Below are positions 39,770 through 49,949 of a stretch of 64,000 bases of DNA, piece by piece. Made by a program: the position numbers and the translations under genes. Source of the stretch: a virus (lineage: Duplodnaviria > Heunggongvirae > Uroviricota > Caudoviricetes); the IMG/VR virus record IMGVR_UViG_3300023707_000001; one strand, given 5' to 3'. The stretch's first letter is position 1, and every line of letters begins with the position of its first letter. A model generated the notes under the pieces. It saw only the letters and a list, made by a program, of their open reading frames with translations. It was not told the origin of the DNA and did no database searches.

Positions 39770-42700
39770 ATGGTAACGGATAGTCTTAATCCTGCAATCG
39801 GGCTTCCCGATATGGGAGATTTTTATTACGATGCACCTGACCAGGAATCGTATTTTGGTGAAATGGATAGAAACTTGAACTCTATACGGCGGGATCGGGC
39901 CAATACTGCAGAAGCGTATAAGTTCTACCAAGAAGACCCTCCGCAGCCGGGAGCTGACGAAAAAGGCAAAGTATTTGTCTTCGACATTGAACTTGGCGGT
40001 AAAGGTATCGGTGATGACGATGAAACAGTTGCCGGTATTAAAGTCGATGATGGTGATACGCTTGCTATTCCTGTTGGGAGCATACATGCCGCTGACGAAA
40101 AGAGCGAAAAGTATTTAAGCTACGTAAAGGGCTATGTCAGCACACATAATACCAGCGGAGAAGCTACCTCAATCAATGTTCGTTTTGCCGGCGTTGATAC
40201 CAAGGAATTGCCGCACTACAGAAAAGTAGAAATGTCGGAACTAAACAGCAAGGAAGTAGAAACGGTTAACCTTGCTGAAGCCCTCGGCAATAAAGATTAT
40301 ATGGTATCCAAGTATAAGAGCTGGATGCAGGTTAGAAAAACCATCGATGAATCTTATGATGGGTATAAAACCAAGGGCACATTCTTTGACTACTCGGAAA
40401 GCAGCGACAGCACAGTAACCGTTGTAAAACTCGATGATGGAAAATACCACCAGTACTTTTCAGACGGAACAAACGGTTATGTGTTAATCGCTAATGATAC
40501 GAACAATTACTCTCCGGAAACAATTGCCGATGCCGGCCTCGCACGCGATGTCGTAGTAAATGCGCTGAACGATGCAGAGGCTATGCGTATCGTTATAGAC
40601 GGCACGCAGATTACTCGTGACGGCGGAAACATCAAAACGATGTTCAACACCGACTTGTATGGCACAGGGCTTGAAAATGAAGCTCACCGCATGCTCGATA
40701 TGATGTTTGATTCTTATACAAAGCACCAGCGTCCGGGATTTAATACATGGGGGCAAGATGCGTACGGCCGCTGCATTAGTGCTGTATATGTAAAAATCAA
40801 AGGCAAGTGGATTAACCTCAACAAACTTGTTATCGCCGACACGAACATGACGGAGATTAACAAGTATAACAATGGCGACCAGGCTTCTACGGTTATTGAC
40901 CTGGATAGCTATGAGTATGATGCAAAAGAATATGCCGACAGTCTTTACGCAGACTCGAAAAAATTTGATGACCGCGAAAAAGTACAAAAACAGTTATTCA
41001 ATCAAACCTGGGAAGCCTTAAAGGAATGGACGGTAACGATTGGCGATGTGACACTTTTTGTGCCGCCCACAAGTATCCGTACCCTCACCCAGACGAAAGC
41101 AGAACGCACTCCTCTTATTCGCGCAAAAGGCTCCATGGCCAAAAGCGGAACAAAGAGCCAGCGTATTATTGAAATGGATTTGTACTTCAACGAAGACCGT
41201 GGCATTAACGGATATGAGTACAAGACTAATACTCGTGCAGATAATAAGGGCAAGGAAATCACCTACTGGATGAACGGCCTTCGTGCACTCTATGCACAGT
41301 TCCGTGTAGCGCCATTCCTTCCCATTGAAAACAATTATATCAATACTGTCCTTGGGGTGGATGCGGTATCTCTGCTGAGCTTTTCCTGCGAGACGGTTCC
41401 GAACTTCCCGAAACTTATCCGGGCCACAATTCAGCTCTCGGAATTTGAATATCGCGTTTATATGCCTGAAATTCCTTACGACCCGGGCGATGATGACGAA
41501 AAAGAAGTAAGAAACTATTTCAGCAAACAGATTAACTATCCTCTCTTCCGCTACTATTATCAGCGCTTAATCCGAAACGGCGAAGAACTCAAGGATGTAA
41601 AGTTCATGGACGAAAAGTACATCAAAAGTACTTTTGGCAATAAGACCTGCCTTGTCCCTGCAAAGTTTGTAGACCCGTACATTCGTTTTTACGTGCCGAA
41701 CAAGAATCAGCTCGAAAGGCTGAAAAAGGCAAAACTTGAGCGCATGGCCAGACCGAATACGGTTCGTGATATTACGAAGGCAGAGCTCGACTTTGCCGGC
41801 GAGATGGCCAAGATTAAAAATGAAATCGACTACATCAATTCATCACAGTCTCCATTGGACAAGATAAACGATTATCTGAAAAATCCAGAGCTGGACGGAT
41901 ATGTTCTGGGTGGCATCAATACCAAGATTATGATTGGTAAGGTTGATTCAACCACTAACAGTTTTGTCCCGGACCCGGAAAAGACGCGAGAATTTGAACG
42001 ACTGCTTGGGGAAGCTGTTAACAATTATGACGTTGGCCTCACCTCACTTAAGCGGGAAGATGGTATGCCACTGTGCCAAAAACAGGGCACGGTAAGTTCC
42101 GGCGCGACCAATTCTGACGGCTCTGTGTACAGTGTAGACTTTGCAATGAACGTCGAGGTTCCGAATATCTCGGAAGATTCCCTGAACAATCTGAGAACCT
42201 TGTCGACGGTATCGGGTGTCGCATCAGCAGATGAAATCTTCAAGAACCGGTGCCTGCATTTCAGACTTTCCGTGGATATGGGCGAAAGCGATATTGAATA
42301 TGCTTCAATCAAGATTAGATGTGCAAAGCTTGGCCAAAATGAAGGACTATTCTATTTCGATACGTCTGCTGACACAAGCTTTTTGAACTTCCTTGCGGAA
42401 GCGAATAATAAACAGGGCGTTGGCGGCAACGAAGATGCGAACAGCGCAAAAGCGTCTGTTGATTTTGTTAGCGCTGCAACATTACAGTTTGAGCCGTATA
42501 ATGAAGACCAGGATTTTCTGGTTGAGGCTATTCACATCAATACCAGCAACACATTCTCGCAAATCACCCTGCAGGAAACAAACGGGTATGCACCGCAGTA
42601 TATGGGCGGTACGGATGTAACAATTCAGTTAAGTCTGTATACGCAGAGCAAAAAGGCGGCGTCATCCATTAACGCCCTCCCGCAGGTTTCGGCGGAGTTT

Positions 42701-45700
42701 GCTCGTAACTATCGTTTGGTTTTGGCGGCATGGCCGTTAAAAATCGAGACAGAGTTCACCAAGCTCTTTGGTATTACGGACGTAATGGTTGAGGCCTGCC
42801 AGGTTGATACCGTACCAAACTATCCCGGCCTTTACCATATCACCATGAGCCTTGTATCTGTTGACCGCTCACTGAGAAACCGTGAAGCAATGCAACAGAA
42901 GGACATGAAGAACTTCCACAACCTGTCTGTAGAAGGCATTGCTCGTGAACGCAGATGGTCGTATGGACAGATGTCCAAGTTCCTGTCTGAGGCGGAACTT
43001 TACCCAGACCTTGAACTTCCGACATTGGAAGAACTTGGAGAACAGGGGTTCAACTTTATCCGTTATTCCAACGAAAACCGTGTTTATCCGGACCCGGACT
43101 TCTACTTCACTTACAGCTACGTCTTAATGAGCCAGCTTATTCGTGAAGCCGTCCTGAACGCATTAAACTCGGATGCTTGTCAGACCTTAATGAAGGATAC
43201 GACGGGAAAGGAAATCGGCGGCAGCCTTACAAGCCATCTGGGAACCTGGGATAGAAACTACGAAATGTCCAAAGGATGGGATAAAGACCTTCAGGACGAG
43301 TTTTCAAATGATGACTTGATTCCCGCCCGCATGCTTTGCGATTTCCAAAACGTAGCAGATGATGAGCGCGACGAAATGTGGACCATCGCGCCAAACGTAA
43401 AAGTTGCGATGATGGAAAAGCGGATGCTTAACCGCATTAATGATGCGTCCAAGCAGAGCTACAAGGAAAAGAATGGCGCAGACATTCATTCGTCCACAAC
43501 ATATGACAATGCTGATGGAATAAAACAGCCTGGCAATAGTGAGGATGGGCTCAAGAAGGACAAAGATGGCAATGTCGTAGAAATGGAAGATACGCCGAAT
43601 GATAACAACCAGCTCACGAAAGAACAGAAGGCTGAAAACGGCGAAAAGCTTAAACAGCAGCAGAAAGATATTAAGGATGGAAAGTCTGCAGGAAAATACT
43701 CTTCTATTATCCACGAGAAAAACGAAGAGATTTCCAATCGAATCAATGGAGTAATCAAGCACATTGAAAATATCCCTGTCGAAAAAACGGACGACAGTAT
43801 CAGTGACCTCATGGAGGAACTTGTTGCTGCCTTTAACACTTGCCCCAAGTATGACGCAGTGATTGGTAAGTCTGGTGAGAGTTCTGCTTCTGGTGGTATG
43901 TTTGGTAAAATCCCTGCATTCCTGGATGCGGCGGCCGACGCAATTTGCAGCAATAATGGTGTAGATTATAGTTCGCAGAATGCAAACCATCTCAACCCAG
44001 CCGCTGCGGCATTTATAGGGAGTGTAGCAACTGGAGCCGGAGCCGGAGCAATTGTGGGGACGGTTGCGACTCCTGTAGGAACAGCGGTAGGTGCTGCAAC
44101 TGGTGCTGCGGTGGGGGCAGTTGGCGGCACTGTAGCAGCTGGTGCATCATTGGTCACAGGGTCGCATTCTAAAAATGATACGGCCCCATGGAGGCATAGC
44201 ACCAAATATCGTGGACGCCTCAAAATTGACGGAATTGAACAGGTTTGGGCGTTTGACGATGATGACCCCCAGCATGAATACAAAATTAATCTCCTGGCGG
44301 AAAATGCTACAGAGTTTGGCTTCTTCAACTTCAAGTATTACACGCCAGAAGAACTGGAAGACCGTTTTGGCTACTACGGGCATATCGAGCAGGATGAAAG
44401 CGTAGAAAACAGCGAGACTGTTGTTGAAGCACATCCGCGCATGGGTAAGTATCTGGCCGACCCGTACTATCGTTACGCGAACGAAGAAACGCAAAAAGAA
44501 TACGTACGCAAGTGCGTAACGGACTACAGCTTTGCGAAAAAGGCTTTCCTCCGTATCTGTATTCTTTACATGAAGGTGCTTGTAAGCTATAACGTATTCC
44601 CATCGTTTTCTTACGATGTTATGCGCGACGCATTAACGAATGAATCCAACATGAAGAAAATACTCAAAAGTGTTGGTGAGTTGCGGGCCAAAAAAGCAGC
44701 CGAAGCAAAAACAAAATCGGAAACCCAAAAGCAGTACGGTACATCCAAAAAATACTCGGCAAAGAAAAAGCCGGGTTCACTTGACCAAAATGCTGTTGGA
44801 GCAGTTTCTTATGTTGGGGACGAAGTTCCAAAGCAGGAAGCTCAAAAGACGGAACAAGACAAGGACAAACAGAATGCGTCAGCAGAACCCGATAAGGAAA
44901 CCAAAGATGCCAGCGCAGAGCGTGTTTCAAAAGAAGAGGAGACTGTAAGCAGGTACGCACAGAAAATCAACGAAAACAAAGAAGCCATTGATAACGGAAA
45001 AATATTCCTCATGGTTGCTATGGGTGTCGTTGACGGAGATAAGAATTTCCTTAAGTTGCTGCTTGAAAGAAAATATGATGCCTTAAATGCTATTGTTAGT
45101 GGAGCGTGCTCAGGGAATGTATCTCCCAACAAAAAAGACGGGGCATACGAAACCCGCCTCCGTAGTTTTGTTCGGGCCCTGGCCGGGGAAGATGTGATTG
45201 AAGAATCGCTGATTGCATCTGGCGAAACCGAAGCACCATCTGCAGTATTCAACAAAGATGAAGCAAGAAAGAACTGTGCTGCAGCAGCAGAAGACCCGAC
45301 GCTGTACATGGTGCATAGCTTCTACGATATGGTTGTGCATGATTGTCGCGGACGGATGCTCCGTGCATTCCCGACATTCTATATGTTCTTTATTGACGAA
45401 GGGCGTAAGATTGGCAGATTCAAACTGCACGACAATTTTTATAACACCAATGCGGTTTCAAGCATAACAATATCGCAGTCCAGGAAAAACCCGACAGACG
45501 TAGCAGAGATTGTAATGACCAACTTCTTCAACACCTTCACAACGGAAGATGAAGATTTGAATATGAACTACACGGCAAACTTTACCGATGTGTTCCGGTC
45601 ACTCTGGCTTCCTACGCTGCAGTCATATGCCATGGATGAAGAAGAGCGTCGCACAAACGCACCAAAACCGGAGCGCTTCAGATTGCGGCCCGGTGCAAGA

Positions 45701-48493
45701 ATTCATATTCGCCTTGGTTACGGTGCAGACGCCTCCCATCTGCCCATCAGCTTTAACGGTATGGTTGCCGAGGTTGAAACAGGCGATGTAGTAAAACTTA
45801 TCTGCCAGAGTGATGGCAGCGAAATCTGCAAACCAATCCTTTTGGAGAAAAAAGCGTCGGCGCTTCAAGGCATTGATGGCGTTGGCTGGTCCTCTGTTGC
45901 AGAAAACGGGGATACTCCTAAGGGTATCATGCGCAGTCTCATGTGCTTAAAGGGCGGCCTGATTAACTCCTACATGCATAATAAGGGCTGGGATGATGTG
46001 GCAAATATGTGGGGCGACCCCATTAATCCCCTCGGAATTTATCATTTTGGTAATCCTGATATGGAATATGGCGGCGACGCAGAACCTGTGCAGAACATCT
46101 TTGAGATTGGGCTTGAGTCAGGTTCCGAACGTTATTTAAGCACGCCTGGTGAAGACCATAAAGAGGGCGTAGCGGCTTCTATTAAAAACTATCTGATGGA
46201 TAAGAAAGTCGAAGTGGCAACTCAGCTTCAGTTTGAAGTGTTTGGTAAGACGGTTTGGGATGTAGCTAATATCTGCCGCAGTACCGACCCGGAATACTAC
46301 ACATCGGTACGCCCCTTCCATATGCGTTCCACGCTCTTTATGGGACGCGCGCATGATTATTATGCATACGATTACGAGCAAAGAGGCGGAGCCTGGATTG
46401 AAAAGCGCAAGCCGTATCAGCAGGCCCATATTTATACGTCTCTGACAGACATTATCGATAACCGACTGGCTGTGTCGCCGAAAGACATAAAAACCTGTGC
46501 AATCGGAATGTATGAAGTCGAAGGCTTTATGAATGCCAAGGTCCAGAAAAAGACTGACCCACAGTGGGTTGATGCAGCGATTTACCCAGAATATCAGAAA
46601 ACAATGTACGTCGATACCAAACTTTTTGGTGAAGCCTCAAGAAAACTTGGGCTTATAAGCGATGTAGTTGGCTGGTTTTCAAACGGTTTATTCAACAGCT
46701 ACCTTGACCGCGGTGCAGATAAAGACGGTGACATCCGAAGCCATCATGCACTTGCCGTCAAAATGACAATAAGCGCATTGAAAGATGCTATGAAGGAAAT
46801 GTACCAGGGCAATATCGTAATCATCGGTGACCCGACAGTGCAGCCAAATGATAGGATGATTCTGAATGACACCTACAATTACATAAACGGACAATGTCTT
46901 GTTCGTGATGTGGTGCAGGTGTTCTCGTGCGAAGATGGTTATCGGACGGTGCTCACGCCAGACTTAATCACTACACAGATAGGTACTCCGGCTGCAGGAG
47001 AAGCCAAAGAACAGAGTTATACCTGTCTTATCGAAAATGCGGCAATGGCTCCGGTTATTTCATTGGTCGGGGCAAAGTTGTTCCAGGCAAGCGCAACGAA
47101 GCTTACAGAATCTCTTGGGGCAATCAAAAACAGCAGTATCGTTTCCAAAGCTGCAGATTTTGCAAAAGCAGGTTCGGAAGCAATATCCAACAATAGCATT
47201 GTGCAAAAAGGCAAGGCGATTGCAGATGTTGGTGGTAAAGCATTAAAAGGGCTGAAACAGTTCGGAGAGGCTGCCGGTAAAGCCGTCAGGATTATTCGCA
47301 CATTGGGTTCGGCTGCAGAAGCAGTAGCTGGTGCCGCCAGTACTGCGGTAGGGACAGCTAGTAGTGCGGCCGGGGCTGTTGGTTCGGCAGTTGCTGGCAT
47401 CCTGTCGTCTCCGGCTGCTCTTGCGGCAGCAGCTGTTGTGCCGGTATACTTTGCACTGGGCTCGATTGAAGATATTGTCGCATCCAAATTCAACAGCCGA
47501 AAAACACTGGTTATATTCCCCCTGCAAAAATACAATAAGCCGTATGTTGGCGGAATTGATGGGCATGTTGGCTCTGTATATGGCGCTCCGAACTTTGGTT
47601 CGGAGGATGCAATTCAGTCGATGTTTACTAAGCTGAAAAATAGTGACGTCGGTGCTGCAGTAAACTTCCTCTTTGGAAAAGGAAGCATAATGGACATTCA
47701 CAAGTCTTTTGGTATGGATGAATGCCAAAAAATTGCCAACGATGAAGGGGTTGCACAGCTCGCTTATCGTCAGATAAACAATAGCCAAATCAACCACTTC
47801 AACAAAGCGTCGTTTAACCCGTTGCAGCCACGCATGGCTGTGCGCAGTTCAGACTCGGTTAAAAAGGCTCAGGAACTTTACGGTGTGCAGGGTAAAACGC
47901 CGGACGATATTAATGCGGATACAAAGATGAAAAATATGAAGAGCGTTATCCATGACGAAACGCTGAAAAGCTATATGACGAGTGGGTTCTTCCGTGTTGC
48001 CGCCCACGAAAGAGGTTTTACGGCAGACATTAGCGATAAGATAAAGTGCATCTGCATTAAAAATCCGGAGAATGAAGAGTATTACTACATTAATGCCGTA
48101 CTCGATAGTAATGGGTGCTATGACATACCATTTGTGAACAAAGACGCATTTGGTGTGTTGCATGATATTATTGCCAGAGCATTTGTATTAATGGCTGGCA
48201 CAGAGCAGGAACGTGACGCATACAAGTGGTACGAAGACAACAAGGATTCGTTCATCACATTAACATCTGCGTTAAAATGTGGTTCGACGAAGAGTTATGA
48301 GTCAACAGGCTTTTCGTTCATTCTGACATCATCGGATGATAAATCACACCATGCACTTTCCAGTGCGATTGATTTTATCAACCGGCAGATGGCGGAAACG
48401 CATAACAAGATGGAGGCGGTTCCTGAAGCAGTAATGGAGAAAAAGGAAAGCGGGAGAGATGTATTCATCGTAGTGCATCCTCCACAGAGGTAA
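39770..48493 (+). CDS. Giant baseplate-hub-like protein with N-terminal thermonuclease (SNase)-like domain
   Basis: DDGDTL, RFAGVDTKE, DAYGRCISAVY; hub-like GARIHIRLGYG..FNGMVAEV and GNIVIIGDPTVQPND; glycine-zipper segments. Confidence 0.65.
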   Translation: MVTDSLNPAIGLPDMGDFYYDAPDQESYFGEMDRNLNSIRRDRANTAEAYKFYQEDPPQPGADEKGKVFVFDIELGGKGIGDDDETVAGIKVDDGDTLAIPVGSIHAADEKSEKYLSYVKGYVSTHNTSGEATSINVRFAGVDTKELPHYRKVEMSELNSKEVETVNLAEALGNKDYMVSKYKSWMQVRKTIDESYDGYKTKGTFFDYSESSDSTVTVVKLDDGKYHQYFSDGTNGYVLIANDTNNYSPETIADAGLARDVVVNALNDAEAMRIVIDGTQITRDGGNIKTMFNTDLYGTGLENEAHRMLDMMFDSYTKHQRPGFNTWGQDAYGRCISAVYVKIKGKWINLNKLVIADTNMTEINKYNNGDQASTVIDLDSYEYDAKEYADSLYADSKKFDDREKVQKQLFNQTWEALKEWTVTIGDVTLFVPPTSIRTLTQTKAERTPLIRAKGSMAKSGTKSQRIIEMDLYFNEDRGINGYEYKTNTRADNKGKEITYWMNGLRALYAQFRVAPFLPIENNYINTVLGVDAVSLLSFSCETVPNFPKLIRATIQLSEFEYRVYMPEIPYDPGDDDEKEVRNYFSKQINYPLFRYYYQRLIRNGEELKDVKFMDEKYIKSTFGNKTCLVPAKFVDPYIRFYVPNKNQLERLKKAKLERMARPNTVRDITKAELDFAGEMAKIKNEIDYINSSQSPLDKINDYLKNPELDGYVLGGINTKIMIGKVDSTTNSFVPDPEKTREFERLLGEAVNNYDVGLTSLKREDGMPLCQKQGTVSSGATNSDGSVYSVDFAMNVEVPNISEDSLNNLRTLSTVSGVASADEIFKNRCLHFRLSVDMGESDIEYASIKIRCAKLGQNEGLFYFDTSADTSFLNFLAEANNKQGVGGNEDANSAKASVDFVSAATLQFEPYNEDQDFLVEAIHINTSNTFSQITLQETNGYAPQYMGGTDVTIQLSLYTQSKKAASSINALPQVSAEFARNYRLVLAAWPLKIETEFTKLFGITDVMVEACQVDTVPNYPGLYHITMSLVSVDRSLRNREAMQQKDMKNFHNLSVEGIARERRWSYGQMSKFLSEAELYPDLELPTLEELGEQGFNFIRYSNENRVYPDPDFYFTYSYVLMSQLIREAVLNALNSDACQTLMKDTTGKEIGGSLTSHLGTWDRNYEMSKGWDKDLQDEFSNDDLIPARMLCDFQNVADDERDEMWTIAPNVKVAMMEKRMLNRINDASKQSYKEKNGADIHSSTTYDNADGIKQPGNSEDGLKKDKDGNVVEMEDTPNDNNQLTKEQKAENGEKLKQQQKDIKDGKSAGKYSSIIHEKNEEISNRINGVIKHIENIPVEKTDDSISDLMEELVAAFNTCPKYDAVIGKSGESSASGGMFGKIPAFLDAAADAICSNNGVDYSSQNANHLNPAAAAFIGSVATGAGAGAIVGTVATPVGTAVGAATGAAVGAVGGTVAAGASLVTGSHSKNDTAPWRHSTKYRGRLKIDGIEQVWAFDDDDPQHEYKINLLAENATEFGFFNFKYYTPEELEDRFGYYGHIEQDESVENSETVVEAHPRMGKYLADPYYRYANEETQKEYVRKCVTDYSFAKKAFLRICILYMKVLVSYNVFPSFSYDVMRDALTNESNMKKILKSVGELRAKKAAEAKTKSETQKQYGTSKKYSAKKKPGSLDQNAVGAVSYVGDEVPKQEAQKTEQDKDKQNASAEPDKETKDASAERVSKEEETVSRYAQKINENKEAIDNGKIFLMVAMGVVDGDKNFLKLLLERKYDALNAIVSGACSGNVSPNKKDGAYETRLRSFVRALAGEDVIEESLIASGETEAPSAVFNKDEARKNCAAAAEDPTLYMVHSFYDMVVHDCRGRMLRAFPTFYMFFIDEGRKIGRFKLHDNFYNTNAVSSITISQSRKNPTDVAEIVMTNFFNTFTTEDEDLNMNYTANFTDVFRSLWLPTLQSYAMDEEERRTNAPKPERFRLRPGARIHIRLGYGADASHLPISFNGMVAEVETGDVVKLICQSDGSEICKPILLEKKASALQGIDGVGWSSVAENGDTPKGIMRSLMCLKGGLINSYMHNKGWDDVANMWGDPINPLGIYHFGNPDMEYGGDAEPVQNIFEIGLESGSERYLSTPGEDHKEGVAASIKNYLMDKKVEVATQLQFEVFGKTVWDVANICRSTDPEYYTSVRPFHMRSTLFMGRAHDYYAYDYEQRGGAWIEKRKPYQQAHIYTSLTDIIDNRLAVSPKDIKTCAIGMYEVEGFMNAKVQKKTDPQWVDAAIYPEYQKTMYVDTKLFGEASRKLGLISDVVGWFSNGLFNSYLDRGADKDGDIRSHHALAVKMTISALKDAMKEMYQGNIVIIGDPTVQPNDRMILNDTYNYINGQCLVRDVVQVFSCEDGYRTVLTPDLITTQIGTPAAGEAKEQSYTCLIENAAMAPVISLVGAKLFQASATKLTESLGAIKNSSIVSKAADFAKAGSEAISNNSIVQKGKAIADVGGKALKGLKQFGEAAGKAVRIIRTLGSAAEAVAGAASTAVGTASSAAGAVGSAVAGILSSPAALAAAAVVPVYFALGSIEDIVASKFNSRKTLVIFPLQKYNKPYVGGIDGHVGSVYGAPNFGSEDAIQSMFTKLKNSDVGAAVNFLFGKGSIMDIHKSFGMDECQKIANDEGVAQLAYRQINNSQINHFNKASFNPLQPRMAVRSSDSVKKAQELYGVQGKTPDDINADTKMKNMKSVIHDETLKSYMTSGFFRVAAHERGFTADISDKIKCICIKNPENEEYYYINAVLDSNGCYDIPFVNKDAFGVLHDIIARAFVLMAGTEQERDAYKWYEDNKDSFITLTSALKCGSTKSYESTGFSFILTSSDDKSHHALSSAIDFINRQMAETHNKMEAVPEAVMEKKESGRDVFIVVHPPQR

Positions 48494-48496
48494 CAT

Positions 48497-48859
48497 ATGG
48501 GTGTCCTTGGCAATGCAATGAAAAATGGTGTTATTGGCGAAGCAATGCGCTCCGCCAATAAAGACCAACAAACTGTTGCCATGGTTATGAGTGCGGATGA
48601 GTCCAATAATCTGTGTTCTGTAGAGTACATGGATAGGGACGGCAATAAAGTAAAAATTGACAAGGCTATGGTAGACCTGCGGAATAAGGACTGGTTCCCT
48701 AAAAAAGGGGACATAGTCCTTATCCGTGTATCTGGCCGAACCGCACTGGTTGAGCAGCAGTATACAGAAGATTACAATGCGGATATCCGCAGTAAGCAGC
48801 AGTTAAGTAATGATGTCACCGCAGATGGTGACGGAACCGTTGCAGGTTCCATTTTTTGA
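48497..48859 (+). CDS. Small baseplate protein (spike/gpV N-terminal OB-fold-like)
   Basis: WFPKKGDIVLI motif; follows hub. Confidence 0.45.
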   Translation: MGVLGNAMKNGVIGEAMRSANKDQQTVAMVMSADESNNLCSVEYMDRDGNKVKIDKAMVDLRNKDWFPKKGDIVLIRVSGRTALVEQQYTEDYNADIRSKQQLSNDVTADGDGTVAGSIF

Positions 48860-48865
48860 GGAATT

Positions 48866-49945
48866 ATGGCAGAAAACAAAACCGATAAATTTGCTTTAGA
48901 GGTTGGGGCTGTAAAACCCGACCTCCGAGCAAATATCAGCAAACTGAAAAAACGGGCGACCTATCCTGAAAGAGGCGCAGATTCAGCCATGGTAAGTAAT
49001 GATGGCAATGTATCTCTGCGACTGTTTGACAAGAAGATTAACCAGGCCGCATCTCAAAATTCGTCACAAAAAATGACGGACAAACAGAATATCACAATGT
49101 CGTTTGAAGAACGCCATGTAACAAACAGGTTTAGCCTGGAAGCATATGATTATATCTTCAATGGCCATAAACTTAATCCAAACCTGTGGGAATACAGTGA
49201 CTTCAAAAAATATGTCGATATGTATGGGCAGGAACATGCAGTTGGCGGTTTTACCATGATGGGCACAGTTCTTACGCCGTCATGGGATGAGCAGCTGCAC
49301 CGGTATGTGCTTATTCGCCGGCAGGCCCGTATGCCGTTCTTCTCGCCAAAGAATAACGTACCGGAAATTTTAAAGACACTGCAAATTGACGACCCGACAA
49401 AGGTTGCTTACAAATACGGTGTAAAACAGTCCTCCGAAACGGCCCAGCAGTATTACGAGCGCATAGGTAAGAACTTCGACAACAAGAAGTACTATACAGG
49501 TGCAACGGTATCGTATTCTGGTGGTGGTGCCGGCAGGGCAACATCGGAAATCGTCGAAAAAGCTGTGCAGTGGTGTATTAAGATTGCAAACGACGAAGAT
49601 GGGCAGATTCATCATTATTCACAGGCCAATAGAACAGGCCCGGATTACGATTGCACATCGTTTGTTTGCGCAGGGCTTCAGGCCGGTGGATTGGATATCC
49701 CGTTCTTGGGCGGTCCGTCTTTTGATGACCAGATTGTGAATTATGGCTTTGAACGGCTTCCGTTCCCAGGACTTGAAGGATTGCAGCGTGGCGATATTAT
49801 GAGCAGTCCGTCTCACGTTGAGTGGTATATTGGCAATAACCAGCGGTGCGGTGCGCATACAGATAGTAAGCCGGCCGAAAAGCAAATCAGCGTAGAAGAA
49901 TATTGGGATGGTGGCTGGACAGACATCTTCCGATATAAAGGATGA
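48866..49945 (+). CDS. Tail-associated NlpC/P60 cell-wall peptidase
   Basis: YSQANRTGPDYDCTSFV..GDI..HVEWY..GAH (Cys-His-His triad). Confidence 0.8.
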   Translation: MAENKTDKFALEVGAVKPDLRANISKLKKRATYPERGADSAMVSNDGNVSLRLFDKKINQAASQNSSQKMTDKQNITMSFEERHVTNRFSLEAYDYIFNGHKLNPNLWEYSDFKKYVDMYGQEHAVGGFTMMGTVLTPSWDEQLHRYVLIRRQARMPFFSPKNNVPEILKTLQIDDPTKVAYKYGVKQSSETAQQYYERIGKNFDNKKYYTGATVSYSGGGAGRATSEIVEKAVQWCIKIANDEDGQIHHYSQANRTGPDYDCTSFVCAGLQAGGLDIPFLGGPSFDDQIVNYGFERLPFPGLEGLQRGDIMSSPSHVEWYIGNNQRCGAHTDSKPAEKQISVEEYWDGGWTDIFRYKG

Positions 49946-49949
49946 TTAG

